A DNA stretch of 64,000 nucleotides, taken from positions 13,640,001 to 13,704,000 of the forward strand of contig CM068754.1 of assembly GCA_035084275.1 (NCBI GenBank), given 5' to 3'. A program made the position numbers and the translations under genes. The stretch comes from Hydrolagus colliei (lineage: Eukaryota). A model generated the notes under the pieces. The model ran no database searches. It was not told where the DNA came from and was given only the letters and a program-made list of their open reading frames with translations. Numbering within the stretch: the first letter of the stretch is position 1; every line of letters starts with the position of its first letter. Below, in pieces: positions 1-14,065 of the stretch.

Positions 1-1026
1 TGCTCTCCTCTTCCCCACCTCTCCCCAACCCAAAAAAAATATTTCCCCACAATCCAAGAGTCTACTTCTTCCTCTGCAGCTTTGACCAATCAATATTGCA
101 AGAGGTTAACATATGACTGAACTGAGATGTCCATTTGAATCTTATGTATTCTATTATAGCATTATATTGATGAAAGATGAGTTTCAGAGACGGAAAATCT
201 GGTCCAAAATGATCTTAAACTACATCCATCTGAAGTGTTCAAACATCTGTATAATTGTATGAAATGCACATTATAAATTGCATTTGTGTACAAATTCAAG
301 GATTATTATTCATTTAAGTTTCACAAAAAATATCTCCAAAGCAGGAAAGTTCCCATGACTTCAGTTGACCAATGCGACGTCAAAAGTGAAGCTGTAACCA
401 TTACACAAATTGGCACTTAAAAAGATGATGTCGGAACTAAGTACCTTAAATCCTCCTTTTAAATGTAGGGTATTAAATCAGGTTAAAACTTCTCAAGAGT
501 TTTCTTTGATTCACTTCGAAGAAAAACTGCTGAGTAAAGCTAATGAGAGAGCTCATTATGAAAAGGAAGAGAGCACTTAAAATAAGAGAATAGATTTGCA
601 TATGAAACAAAATTGGCTGTGGTTTACCCAATGGCACAGTGGCAAAAGCAAACGCTCAGGGTAGTACTGTCATGAAAAGCAGGTAACAAATTTGGTTTCC
701 GGTTACATTATTTGCTAATTGAATTAATCTCAGTTGGGGTAGCAATTTAGTCGCTACTACATGATTTTTATGACTATCTTGTAAACAAGAAACTGGAATT
801 CCTACAAATACACTGCAATAATCAGGCAAAAATGTACCTTTTAAGTGTGTAAGTGTACCATGTGGAGAATGTAAAGTTGCACATAAGGCATTTTTCAATG
901 CCAATAGACTGGCAGCATCCACAGTCACCTTCCAAAATTAATGCTGATGTGAATTTTCTGTACAATGAGATAACCAAACTAGAAAACTGTTATCAAAATG
1001 TGAATTGAATAGATTAGAAGAAGAAG

Positions 1027-1232
1027 AATCCGTCCAAAAAAAACACAATAATAAAAGCAAATTGATCATTTCAATCCAAGACTGTTTGTGGGACACTGCT
1101 GTGTGCAATTGGCTGCTGCGTTTCACCCACAAATATACAATCAATTCACTTTACAGTATATTCTGTGAAGCGCTTTCAGACGTCGATAAGAGGTGAAAAG
1201 CGCTGTATCAAATGCAAACATTTTTATTATTA
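1027..1232 (+). mobile_element. 5'-truncated copy of the dominant tRNA-derived (ATT)n-tailed SINE
   Basis: Matches the 3' two-thirds of the full copy at 32400-32730 (gggacactgctgtgtgcaattggctgc...gtgaagcgcttt...atcaaatgcaa, tatt tail). Confidence 0.9.
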
Positions 1233-2419
1233 ATGTGTAACTATTGCTACAATTGCTGTGATAACGTAGACCAGTTTTGCCAGAGTAACAGGCTATGTTG
1301 GGGTGAATAATTGAACCGTATTGAGTTCCGCTCAACTTCCACACAAATAAGTTTCCTTGTGTAAGTATGATAAGTATATATCTACACAGAAAGAAGACTT
1401 ATGATTTTTCAGCTGTCACCCAGTCTTTACTTCAAACGACCAAATGTCCATTTCAAAAATACCCTGCTTTGTTAGGCGAATGTAAGAACTGCGAAATTCC
1501 TCCTGTGATCCTTCACTTAAAATTCCAGAATGAGTCTTTATGCAATCATACTAACTTGCTGAAGGATATAACTTCTCTTTCAAAAACACTCGAACCTCTC
1601 CACGGAGAAGGAGAGGTGCCAAAGGATTTGCAAAAAGAATTTGATGCCAATTAGATTTATTCCTGAATTCACTGAATCAAAACTTGGCAAGTTTTTGATG
1701 ATATAGCTAAGCAAAACTGGCCCTTAAATCTGATGTGTAGGTTTACCCAAAGTGGGATGCTTTACTGCGTGATCAAAATCCAAGTGAGGGCGAGGAGATG
1801 GGTGCTACCTAATGCTATTGCAGACTCATTCTGAAATGAGTTCACAATGTTATCAGTTAACCTATTTAAGTGAAATGGATTTTCACGTTTTTTTTCCTCT
1901 CCATTATATTTCCACGATTTCATCACAAATTTGACATGAAATTTGTCAAGTAGCACCTGCTCACTCTACAAAACATAATGCATAATAAAGAAATATTTAA
2001 GATTAGATGTGCAGAGAGACCTGTGTTATTCTGTTAGTATGTAGGGATGGAACATTTTCTGATTGTTTGAACTCATGATTCAAGGGAATGTTCTGCTCGA
2101 TTCGGGTTCATATTTAATGTCAAGTCTTTATTCTAATCTTAACATGCTGTAGAAGGTGTGAATTTAGAATTAGTCTGTTTTTCTTTCAAAATAAAAACAA
2201 GATACCAAAAGCAATTGGAATGCAATTGAACAGAATAAAATCTCATTGGTGCAGTTGACAGCTGCTATGTAGGCAGGAAGTAGCAAATTTTATTTTGCAA
2301 GAATTTAATAGCAGCCCCAGAAGTGCAAAATATACACCACTCATTAATAATGTGTTTTACAGTATTCTCACTTCAATATTAATATTGCTTTTATATTGTA
2401 TGTAGTGATGACTAATTGA

Positions 2420-2600
2420 TGCTGTGGATCGTTATCTAGCCCTTCCATCTGTGAGGCTTGAGTTTGAATTCAACCCAGCCTAACAGAGAAGGAAACTATC
2501 ACCTTTCAGTCTCTGCTTCCTGTCAGGGGTCCAACATGTTAAACTTGGACAATCTCAAACTAGTCTCTAGAGGGCCTGAATCTAGCGGAAAAAGTAAATA
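2420..2600 (+). mobile_element. Ancient tRNA-headed SINE relic (AmnSINE2-like)
   Basis: ctagcccttccatctgtgaggcttgagtttgaattcaacccagcc (B-box-like), followed by ttggacaatctcaaactagt. Resemblance is to a remembered consensus and was not aligned. Confidence 0.4.
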
Positions 2601-3187
2601 ACTGAACGTCTGACTCCAGAGTCTGAAACTATTTCATTCTCAAGAGACGGCGTAGCAAAACAAATATAAAAGATCATTTTAAACTTGTCATTTTAAGGAA
2701 GAATTCTGTGAGTTCTTTTTTTAAAGCTGTACATGTTTTATCCATGCTGGCATTAAACGGTCTATAAAAGCTGGAAATTTTATTCTGCCATTTCACAATG
2801 GAAATGCATCCTGTGGGTGGATTGTGCCACAAAAGAATATGAATAAGATCTCCTGGGGTCTCATTGTGCTCCACATGTCAGTGGTTTGAAATAAATCAGT
2901 GTGTCTGATTCTTCATTTAAAGGACAATTTGTGCAAATAAGACAATTTACCGTTTTGCAGACCAATACATATTACCCAAGGGATTTGGTTGTAGAGCTTG
3001 ATTGAGAGTGTAAAGTATCAAAAAGAGTGCTCTGAATGTGAAACAATGCTGTTCCAAGCTGGGAACAACAGATAGTTTGGCTGGTTTCGCGTTCCATTTA
3101 CTATTTATTGACAGGCGTAAAAATGCATGGTTCAGAAATATGCAAGGATTTGGAAAGATGCCACACCATCCTCAACAAAACCATCTC

Positions 3188-3489
3188 AATCCTGCTGCAA
3201 TGCTGGAAATGCCATCCTTCAGGTAAATCGTTAAACCGAGATCCCGCCTGCTGTTTGAAGTTTTAATCTCATGGCAACATTCAACAAGATAAGGGGGTTT
3301 CTCCCAGTGTCCTGGCCAACAAACCTCTGGATATAATTGTTCTTTTATTTCATGGCCGCTTGTGGGACATTACTGCGCACAAATTGGCAGGTCTCATCCA
3401 TCAACAAAATACACAGTAAATCCTGTGAAGTGCTTTGGGACATCACCTGACATGAAAGTCACGATATCAAATGCAGGGATTATTATTAC
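3188..3489 (+). mobile_element. DeuSINE relic with full Deu domain (AmnSINE1/SacSINE1-like)
   Basis: gttaaaccgag...ctcatggcaac...ctcccagtgtcctggccaa...gtgggacattactgcgcacaaattggc follows the Deu-domain motif order. It ends in an L2-type tail gtgaagtgctttgggacatc...aaatgcagggattattatt. Confidence 0.75.
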
Positions 3490-5164
3490 ATTGAAACCCA
3501 GCCAGCAGCTAAATTGGAAATTCAGCTTATACTGAAGTTGCTATACAGTATTTTTTTTTAAATGACCAACTACACTGGCTCCGCAAATTGGGTCAAATCC
3601 GCCCAAAACAGAGCAAAGCCTACAAAAGTTGACTGATTGTACTTTTGAGCACCACACATCACCTAATATTGTATAAATATTTAGATCCATAAATGACTGT
3701 CTGGTTTCCCAATCCACATATAAAGTTTCTCCCTTGCCCCTATCCTTCTGTTTATCTTATAAGTAATTGATGAGGTTTCTGAAGTGAAATTTATGCTTCA
3801 ATTCTGTAAACTGAGGGAACTCGAACTTTTATGTTGGATTTCGACAGCAATTTATCCAATTCAATGGTTCAAGGTACCCACTTACTCTTTTTTTTATTAA
3901 CCTCTTTGAATCAGAGTAATGGTAGTTGCCTTCAGGGTCCAGTATGAACAGTATGAACAGAACTATGATGAAGTGTATTAAGAAATCACATAGAATCTCA
4001 TTTACAGCACTTCAGGTACTCCTGAAAACTTTGCCAAAGTTTAAAAAATCTCTCCCTCTCCAAATTGAGCTTTTCCCTTATACTCAACACACAAAAAAAG
4101 AAGCTGGATTGGATAAGTGAGAGGTTTGCTTTCCTTTTCTGAAGTAATAAACATTACAGTGGCTGAACCACACACAGCTTGATGGCTGAATATGATCCAA
4201 CTGAGAATTCATACCATTCCGTCAACTCATTCCCAAATTCTTGTGATTAATACATTCGCGTATCTATTTTATGCTCTGGCTCACTTTGCTATGAGCAGAC
4301 GCTAAACATTTCATCTGTTGGTTTGTCAGAATGCAATTTATTTATTGAAATGATGTAATGTATGGATAGAACGCGTGAAAGGATTGTGGCTTTCGCTCCA
4401 TAAGTGTTGCGATGATGAGTTACTTGAAAGTTTTAATGCCCCAGGGAACATGCCTTGCTTTCCCTCTCTGTCGAAATTCAGCTGCAGACCGCCACGTAAT
4501 ACATTCAAGATCATATTTTATATATAAAAGCTGAATGGGAAATAGTGAATACAAGTCAAAGATGCCTATGATTTTCTCTCTGGGAGTGAAAACCACCTTG
4601 TTTGTATCGTGTGCCATTGAGCAAGAGCTCAAGTAATTATACAGTAACATTTGTGATTCTGTTAATGCATTTCTTTCATTAGTTAACATAAGTACCAGGT
4701 TAAGGAATTTTGCAAATTTTCCACCTAAATAAACAATGTTTCCTTCAATATAAATGTTGCCTCAATTATAAATCTTCCCACGAAGTGGTTTGCATAACCC
4801 CAATTAAAAGCTCTGCACAATGCAATCCTCAGATATAGTAGCCTCTGCTGTGGTCTCTGAACTTTTATTAAACCATCATGTTGGACTTGGAACAAGAATA
4901 CACATTCTCCTTATAAATAGTCCATTGATGTCTGTTAAACTGTGGAGCAGAAGTCATCCCTGACTAGAGGGGAAGCAGTTATGACAATTCTACACCGCTG
5001 TTAGTTAATTATTTTTGTCTCCAGCCTAAATGACAGCATAATTTAGTGCCAGCGGTACAGCACTTGTACAGTTGACATGTTGAGTAATTTCAAGATGAGA
5101 CTTTGGTTCAACAAATGTTTTTTTTTGGAGCCTACATCACAATAAAAATGTTGAATAATTTTGA

Positions 5165-5300
5165 TGGTTTAATGGGTAAGGCCAATGGCTGGCAGCACCA
5201 AGCCATACAGACTAGAAGGAGCAGATTTAAATCTCAGTTTGGTGTTCTGGTGTTAGAATTGGCGACGGAGAGCCTGGGTTGGTTGTAGTAATTGAAATTA
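5165..5300 (+). mobile_element. LF-SINE-like 5' fragment
   Basis: atgggtaagg...agccatacagactagaagg...tttaaatctc resembles the LF-SINE head (AGCCATACAGACCAGGAAGG) from memory. Confidence 0.5.
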
Positions 5301-8300
5301 GAAAGATACCTCACTAACAAAACCCAATAGAATTGTATATTTAAGATGTATTGGACCGAACACAAGAATAGCTTCATTTATTGAGTTTGTTGCAAACACT
5401 GACTTATCCTGTGGTTGCTATTGTAAATGTGTGGTCGCTCAGGATGGTTCCCATGGCACCTGTGTGACATAATTTCCCATGCCAAACTCCCATCACTCGA
5501 GCATGGCCGAAGAAAATGTAAGGCCAAACTTTTTCATGAAACAAAGGAGTTTCAGAAGTGCAGGCTCCATGTAAGAGCTTTATTTCCGATGGCGAGAGTG
5601 TAGATCTCACATGATGATGATATTTCTGGATTGCTCTTCCCAATTCAGAAGGAACGCGTGCATTAATGAGCTCCTCATTGCTAATCCTGCTTTGGCTGTG
5701 ACCGGCCTTTTTGTGAAGAATCATATGGCAGAATGCCTCTTTTTTTTAAAGTGTCCTTTGCTAACTCATCAAAAAAAACTCAAGTTCAAAATAACGAGGG
5801 ATGTAACACACCTGAATTATCCTGCTCTGCCCTCCTGTGCTTGTAGCGCTGTTTGTTTTGATGTGAGCCAAGTGTTATTCTGTTGTGTTCGGTAGGTTAA
5901 GTAAATTTTCTCGTGTTCTTCGAAATAACTACTGCAAGTTTCAATGTACGATTTAATGGTAACTTTCATCATTTATATTACAATTGATGGATTTGAATTA
6001 CAATTTATGTTGAAGTGCATAGGACAAATTTTCTAAGCTTGCCAAGCAGAGCAGAATAATTCACACCAATAGATTTGCAACGTGAAGCACAGAGAGGAAA
6101 GTAAACATCACAAACATAACTCTCTTCCCTTCAAATTAAGGTTTGGATTGTTTCTGCTCTGAGGTCCAGTTCCATTTGTCATCTGACACCAGTTTCATAT
6201 TTGTGCTTTGAAAGTTATAAAATTATTAATACTGTACTATTGCTATAAATCTCAAAAACATTTAACATGCATTTAGGAAAAACACAATTTAGCTTTCCAG
6301 GTACTTGAATATTTAATACCAGGTAGTTACTTTTATATTATAAGATTTGCAATTCAGAAGTTGAAGGTGCAGTTTGTTTGTGCTATCAACTGAGGTTGAG
6401 AATACTGTAAATTCCAGCTCTGCTTCCCCTGTTGTAAGGGAAAATATTTTGCTCTTTAACTTATTACCCAGAGAGAGTTGTACAGCACGTAAACCATTGT
6501 CAATGATTTTTAAAAAATGAGATTTCTGGAGTGCAAGGTGTGAAGCTCTCCTACAAGTTGAGTGAGAGATGCAAAGGGGCTGCTGAAAAAAATGTTAGTG
6601 GCACTCTTTGAGTGCAGCATTATTGCCTTCCCACGCTTTGACTCGTGATTATAGTTACTGTCAACGTAGGAAGGGAATGGGAAAGCACACTAAAAATGGG
6701 CTTCGCTTTAAAGATCAACAAGTTCACCTATGTATGAATACTCCAAGCCACTGCCTTTACAGCTGCTGTGTCTGGAATTCAGAATCTTAAAACTGGGGGG
6801 CACACTGAGCCAGCAAACTTGATATTCCTTAGCAGCACAACAAGTGTTGGTGAATGGCATCGTGGCATATAAAGAGGATCTGTTGAGGAAGCTGGCATGT
6901 TTCCCAGTACGCCAGTGAGGGACAAAGTTACAGGGATGATCAATGCACTTTGTAAAACACAAAGGTTGGTGTGGAGTCTACAAAATGCTGCATGGTTTCA
7001 AGATCAGTGTAAAGGAATGTGCAATATGCTATTCTTTGAGATTTTGACCGAATTTTGGAAATGCTACTTTGGTCACAATGACAAACCATCAGCATCATCT
7101 TTGCTTCTTATCCGCACTGAGTAGACCAAACTTCTAAGCTCATACATTTGCCATCTATTCAGAAGCATAAGTGTAGCTCCGACAGCTTTGTTTGTGTGAA
7201 AACATGCAGTGCATTAGAAGTTTTGTGAAGTAGTAAGGGTTGTTTGTTCAGTGTGATGGTGAAATAAACCAAACTATTTGACATTTTCACTTGATGTTCA
7301 TGTGTAATATTTTCTGCTCCAATCAAGAACAAAGCTTCTATTCATAGCTCTCTTTCACCACACATTAGGAAAGATTTCTTAATCTGACATTTTTGATGTT
7401 GCAATACATGGCAGATTTGATGACAAGAATTGAGAACTTATTTGTCAGTGTCTTCATGTGGAAAAAAAAGCAGCAAAATGTGTATTTTACATATTCTGAT
7501 TGATTGGCTGCTGGGCAAAGCTACCAGGTGGCCATTTCATCCTGAGAAATAAATGTTAACACTTTTTAAATTCAAGAAATTCAAAAGTAGCTTGACAGTA
7601 TTATTCAATAATTGTCATGAAACCATATCCAAACTATTTACTAGAAAAATCTAACAGTGTAACAGAGCTGCCAGCAAGTCATACACTTGAATGAAAGTCC
7701 TCCAAATTGTTAAGATATATAACTGAACTGCTGCTTAACATTTCCCCTATTCTAAAATAAAATACAAGAAACTGATTGGCGGGAGATATGGTAACATTCT
7801 GCCAACAAAGCAGCAAACTTGGTTAAGAAATCTGTGACCTCCAGGCCTGCGCGATTTATAATCCCAACATTTCCTGATCTAATCAAAGAAATGAAATGTG
7901 TAAATTGATTTCAATTTTTAGGAAAAAAAATATTATTTCCATAATAGTTACATATACCCAAGAATCAAAAACTGCTGAGAGTGACGAGTATAATAGATCA
8001 CTGCAATGAGATTTATGACCTTTAATATTGCAATAAACATCCATAAGAAAATTTGCTGGAGGAAATTAATCTATTTTGTGATAGCATTATTATCTTCATA
8101 CTGAATTTTTTTTTAAAGTAGAGATATGGTAGATCAATGTAATTTCTACAAAATGAAAGGAACACACTAGTTTGCTTTCCTCACATGAAAAATGTACCAA
8201 ACTATTCTGCACAGATAAATGGTGGAATATCCATAAGTTACTATATAATCCAACAATTTTATGATTGAATCATTGGCTTCTTACCACTTCTACCTTTATC

Positions 8301-10061
8301 CTAGTGCATTACATATTATTCCTGTAATTATTATTCACCTGGTCATGTTAGTCATTGACTTGTAATTTCAAAAATGCTTTAATGTGTAGACAACAATTTT
8401 ATTTCTGACAATGTCTCATTTCTGATCTTCATTCCAAAAGTAGACTTTTTTGGTTTGAGCGTGCTGGGGGTGGGTGGAGATTTTGCTCAAATGCAATCCA
8501 AACCCTTTTCAGTACGTTCTGACCCAGCTCACAGAAATTTGCATGAACGCTATGCTAACTAATCTCCACATGACGCTGTGTTTGTGCACCAAAAGTTATT
8601 TAATATACATAGGAATTATTTAAATGTATCCAGCAAATATTGCCAAATTAAGCCAATTGAAATGATTGTATTGATTGCAAGCCTTCAAAATGGAGGAGCA
8701 ACTAGAATGGGTTTATGGTCCAAAGAAAACCAAGCTCATTGGGATCACCATTGTTCCAAATGGTTTTGCATATGTAGCTCCAGACACATTTTGTTTTTCC
8801 AAAGTAATAACAGTGGAACAAACAAAGCTCAGACGATAAATTGATATTTTACAATATTACTTTTAATCTATGTTTGGTGGGAGTTTATTTTTGAAAAAAA
8901 GATTGTCCACTAAAAGCATTAATGATCCTTTCAGTGCTCTTTGTTTTCAGAACCAAGCAAATTAACCAACATGAAGATTTATATTTAACCCTCTGCTGAT
9001 GTATACAAACACCATCTCCATCCACAGGATTTTTAGTTCGTACTGAAAATGATATACCGGTACTTGTTGTCAAATATTAATATTACACATAATTACTGAA
9101 ACATGATGTTGACTTTGGGACTATAATAAAATGTCAAAACACAACTATAATTTCAATTGATAGCTTTTTTGCCTATTTTTGCTTCAACTGTTGACACTTC
9201 TAAAGCCCAGACAACTGAACTCAACACATCACTCCACGGTTAACATGAATATTCCCTTCCTTTTTGTTTTCTCATTCCATTGAGTTTTGGTTTAGAAATA
9301 TTTTTCTCCAACTAACAAGTTGATAACTGGCTTGGAGGAGCTCCTGAGTTTAGGATTGAGCAGTACTTTAATTAACATGCATAGTTGAAGGTGAAAACAT
9401 TTCAGGTTAATGACTGTACCTACACTTATTAGTTGCTAATTCCCCTTTATACTGTCAACTGTCAAGCCTGAGGTCAACAGCAGACACTATTTAAATAAAT
9501 ATATTTGGGAAACCATCAACCACAGACAATAACCTTGTGAGACAAATAGGTTTTTTTACTTTGTTTATTCAAACTCATTTCATTCTAATTTTAAAGATGA
9601 ACGATCATATCTTCATATGACTTGTTTCTCATAGCACATAGTGCTAAATTAGTTGGCAGCAGAATTGGCGATCCATGAATGTTTGCACATGAACCTTGTT
9701 TAATAATAGTGCTTATTTGCCCATGCATTCCTGGTGCTTGATACTCCCAGTAAAGCATTGTGAACATAAAATGCTAACTGCTCAATCAGATATAGCTGGT
9801 TACACTTTACCTGATGCAAAAAACGAATTTGTCATATTGATGACTAAGGTGCCCCTACCTAGAGTATAGGACTGAGGATTTATAGGGGCACAGACTATTG
9901 ACAGGAAGTCCATGGTTGCTAGGCATTGGCAAGAGTGACACTTTGATAGACTCCAGGAAATTTTACTTACTGTGCATGCTAAAAGACTGAAAGGACAAGT
10001 TTGAGTTTTTGTATACTCGTATGTACAAGTAACAATACCATTTTTATTATGTGGTGTATAT

Positions 10062-10242
10062 AACAACAACAAAATGACATTCGTAGAGTGCTTTTCACGT
10101 CAAGAGGACGTTCCAAGGCGGTCAACAGTCAGGTAGGGTTAGGGGTTGGGATGAGGGAGGGCAGAAAATATAGGAGGGCGAGGGCAGTCAAAACAGAGGA
10201 TCTTGAGTTGTGCCTTGAAGGAGGCAAGGGAAGGAGTGAGGA
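10062..10242 (-). mobile_element. L2 LINE 3' end fragment
   Basis: (AAC)n tail, gtgcttttcacgtcaagaggacgttccaaggcg and gccttgaaggaggcaagggaaggag. It is the reverse-complement homolog of 34966-35262. Confidence 0.8.
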
Positions 10243-13109
10243 ACCAACACATCAATGAATTACAAATTTATCAGTTTCAGCTAATTACTGATTGTACTAC
10301 TTGTCTTTTTAAAAACAGAGTTACTGACGTTGACAAAATAATAGAGCATTCGGAAGCAAAATATACAACCACATATTGTCTCCATGCATGAACCCTAAAA
10401 GATCAGTTTAGAACATTTAAAACATAAATCCCTGGGAATCAATTTTTGAATGTTCAGAATAACTGTTATGATAAGGTGTCTGAATAGCAGTGATGTTTGA
10501 AAGTTCATGTTAAGTACACATGAAACAGGTTTATTTGGCCATTTGATCTCATTCTTCTGGAAAACCCAGGCTATTTAATATGTTGCACAATTCTTAAAGC
10601 AGGAAAAAAGCAGTTCCATATTTTCATACTGATAACCAGTTCCAGATTTTGACCATACTTTATTTGAAAGAAATACTTCCTGGGGGTGACCATCCTAAAA
10701 TTGATCTTCACACTTGGAGCTTGGGATCTCTTGTCTTGATGTCTTTCAATATCACAAAGCTTTTTCCTGAGTTTACTTTCTCTATTCTATTTAGCATAAA
10801 CAAAAGACTTGTGTTAAACAAAGGGATGTCATTTTGTTAATATGATGCCAAGTATTAAGTACAACATAGAAGGGCAACGGCCTTGTATATAAAGCTATCA
10901 GTGATGCTGTGAGTTGCGATTACCAAATCCACCCAAAATAAAACTGTCCAGATTTTCAATAATGGAATCATTGTAATACATACGACCAAAATTCACGTCC
11001 TTTGCAATGAGATGAGATATGGCTGAAGCTTTAGGGTTTAATCAGGTTACAGGAGTAAAATATGGTTTTATTTTTTCCCCTCCAAAAAAATGTCCTTGAT
11101 CTTGCAAATTTGCTTCTAGAGATTATGGAAGTTGCAAATGCATTGCAGAGGACTCTGAATCATTGATGGCTTCCAGTGTCAAAGCAAGCCAAAGGGAATT
11201 CTTGTCACCATGATGGGCCTGACCTTCAATGGTTTCAATGTTTTTTTAAACATTTTTCAGAAAGGCCTGACCTTAAAATTCACTCTAACACACTCAAAGC
11301 CAAAACTGTACACATATTTGCCTCTAAGTTGGTGATTATTTGAAATGTCCTACGTGGGTGGGTGGGACATTTTCATAACTTTGTTTTAAAATAGCAACAC
11401 AGGTGAAATGTGGAAACTGTGGATTGGAATTGATTATTGACTTTGTGCTTGAATAAGTCTAATATCTTTAGCATCTGGATTGTTTTGGCTGTGGCATGTG
11501 GGCATTTTTGAAAATTCAAGATGATTACATTGGGTTTCATATTGAAATCTGATGTGTAGCGAGTAATCCAAAACTCTGACAGCATCTCCTGATGGTAGCC
11601 AGAAGTGCATCACTCCCTTAGTAGGAATTCCACTGCAATGGTCCCAACAGTGTATTAAATTTGTCCCATGACATCACTCATTTCCAGTTGCTAGCCTGTG
11701 TTGCTATCCATTATAAATTGCAGCATGTTAAACCCCAGAGTTTTAGAATTGCATGATCCATCGGTAACGCAGCTTCTCCTTCCCTGGAAGATTGAATTCT
11801 CTTCCCTGCTTACCATGGAACCGCCAAATTTACAATACTGTAATGAAATATAACCATAATATATTAGATGCCTAGAAATACAAGGTCACCATGCGTTATC
11901 CTAAACTCTGAAGCTTTTGGGAGATGCTTTGAAGTGATAAAGTGCTACACTAAAATGCAATGTTTATTCAAGTTATTTTTATTAGATAGTGTAAAATTGA
12001 CCACCCACCCCAATCTGCTGTCACGACAAGCAATGACCTTCCTTTCTACATCAGCTGGAATCTTGGACAAAATATCTGGCAAGATGGTTTCACAGATGGA
12101 TTATTATTACAACACACTCACATATAAAGCTAACAGTCGAAAGTGTTGGATTAGCTGAGCAGGAAAATCTTAGCGCTCCAAAAACAACAACTACTTGCAT
12201 TGATCGCATCCTTCACAGGGACAGCAACTGAGATCGCACTCCAGGTGCAATCACAGGATCTGTATTCTGCAACGAAACCTGAGCTGCTTTGCTAGCCCAC
12301 TTGGGATGTTGTTATTGGAAAGAAATTGCAGATGCAGAATATTATGTTCGTCAGTAATATGCTTAAAGTGTAAAGAACGCTGGTTCCCCTTATGAATGTG
12401 TTTCTAAAGCTAATTTGCTCCAAGGACTTGATTTCTCCTGGATATGATTCTTAAAATCACACCATTTGAAAACATAGAATTGATAGTACAATTCCCTTTG
12501 TAAAATTAATTCCCATTCCACTCAGAATGTTTAATAGATTTACACTTCACTCAAGTACTATACTCATAAAACTAAACACTATCAAACACTTAGATGTCCT
12601 CCTGACACACTGTCACGTTGATGGCAGATTGATAGTCACCTCTGAAAATAGGTGCTTTTATTTTTTTTAATTTAAAAAAATCTTCATTTGCAATGAAATA
12701 GTAGAAGGGAAGTCAGTAATTTCACTTCTCCTGTCTGACTGTCTCTTTCCACTTCCCTGGTGTTCAGATATTATTGGCAGCAACAATGCTGATAGTGCTT
12801 TGACACCAGAGCTAATTAACTATATCTCTGGTGGATACCAATGACTATAGTTTCTTACATTGCAAAGCACAAACAGAGATATCTAATGTTAAATGTTACA
12901 ACTATGCCAGTACCTTACTTCCTGCTTTTAGTTGTCTCAGTGAGTGGAAGGAAGCCCAAATTTAATTGGTAATCCCATAGCAATCCATCATGCTTTGAAA
13001 ATATATTTATATGATCCTGGGTAAACACTAAATAAGAGAACATTTAAACATTACTAGTTGAGTTTTCAGCTTCACACAACCATGATCAATTCAGATTTGT
13101 AAGAAATGA

Positions 13110-13208
13110 ACATACAGTCAATTAATTTCACAGTAAATTCTGTGAAGCGCTTTGAGATGTCTAGAAGACGTGAAATGCGCTATATCAAATGCAAGGATTA
13201 TTATTTAT
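13110..13208 (+). mobile_element. SINE 3' tail fragment
   Basis: tacagtcaatt...tgtgaagcgctttgagatgtctagaagacgtgaaatgcgctatatcaaatgcaaggattatt. Confidence 0.85.
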
Positions 13209-13767
13209 AAATGAAGCATATTGGCGATCTAAAAAATAAAATTTCTGCAATATTGTTAGTAGACTCAGTTGATAAGGATTGAGGAAATAGCAGGATTGCT
13301 TAATTGAGCATCTAAATAATACCCATCAACTAATGGGAGCTCTGTTAAAGGTAGTAGTTGCTGTTCATAAAAACCCAACCAGACCTTCAAATATGCACAA
13401 AACTTCTTTGCTTGGATCAGGATTATTCTTGATTAGGGATTTCTGTGCACCGCTTGGAGAAATGGAATCAGAAGTTTAAAAAATAAACTAGCCTTCAGCC
13501 AATTTAATTATCCATGTTGCCGCTGAAACTAAGCTGAAACACAGTATCATACACAATAAATGCTGTTCTGTAACAAGATCTACTGCACATATTGATGGCT
13601 TTGCTGAACAAGAAAAGTCGCCAATACTTCAGCAAGAATGAAAATGTTTAAACGTAGTTGGAAACTTAATATTGTAGGATCAGGTTTTCTACACACTGCT
13701 TATGAAAGAAATTCAAACATTGTAATATCTGTACATGTAAAATCTTATTGCTGCAACCATATAATAA

Positions 13768-14065
13768 CCAATAATAATAATCATCCTTGCATTTGGTATA
13801 GGGCTTTTCACATCTTCTATACATCTCAAAGACATCTACACAAATTGAATTGACTATATTTTGTGGGCGAAACGCAGCAGCCAATTTCTCATGGCAGTGT
13901 TCCACAAACGTCCATGGATTGAGATGACCAATTTTTTTTGAAGGATTATTATCAGGCATGTGGAGTAAGGAAACTTGCCCAAGGTTTTGCAAATGAGAGA
14001 CCTGGAATTGAACCCAGGTCTCTCATTTGCAAGGCAAGAACTCTAACCACTGAGCTACAGGACTC
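13768..14065 (-). mobile_element. Full-length tRNA-derived SINE, short variant
   Basis: On the minus strand: A-box gtagctcagtggtt, B-box ggttcaattcc, ccttgggcaagtttccttactcc, Deu-like 3' part and (ATT)n tail. Confidence 0.92.
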
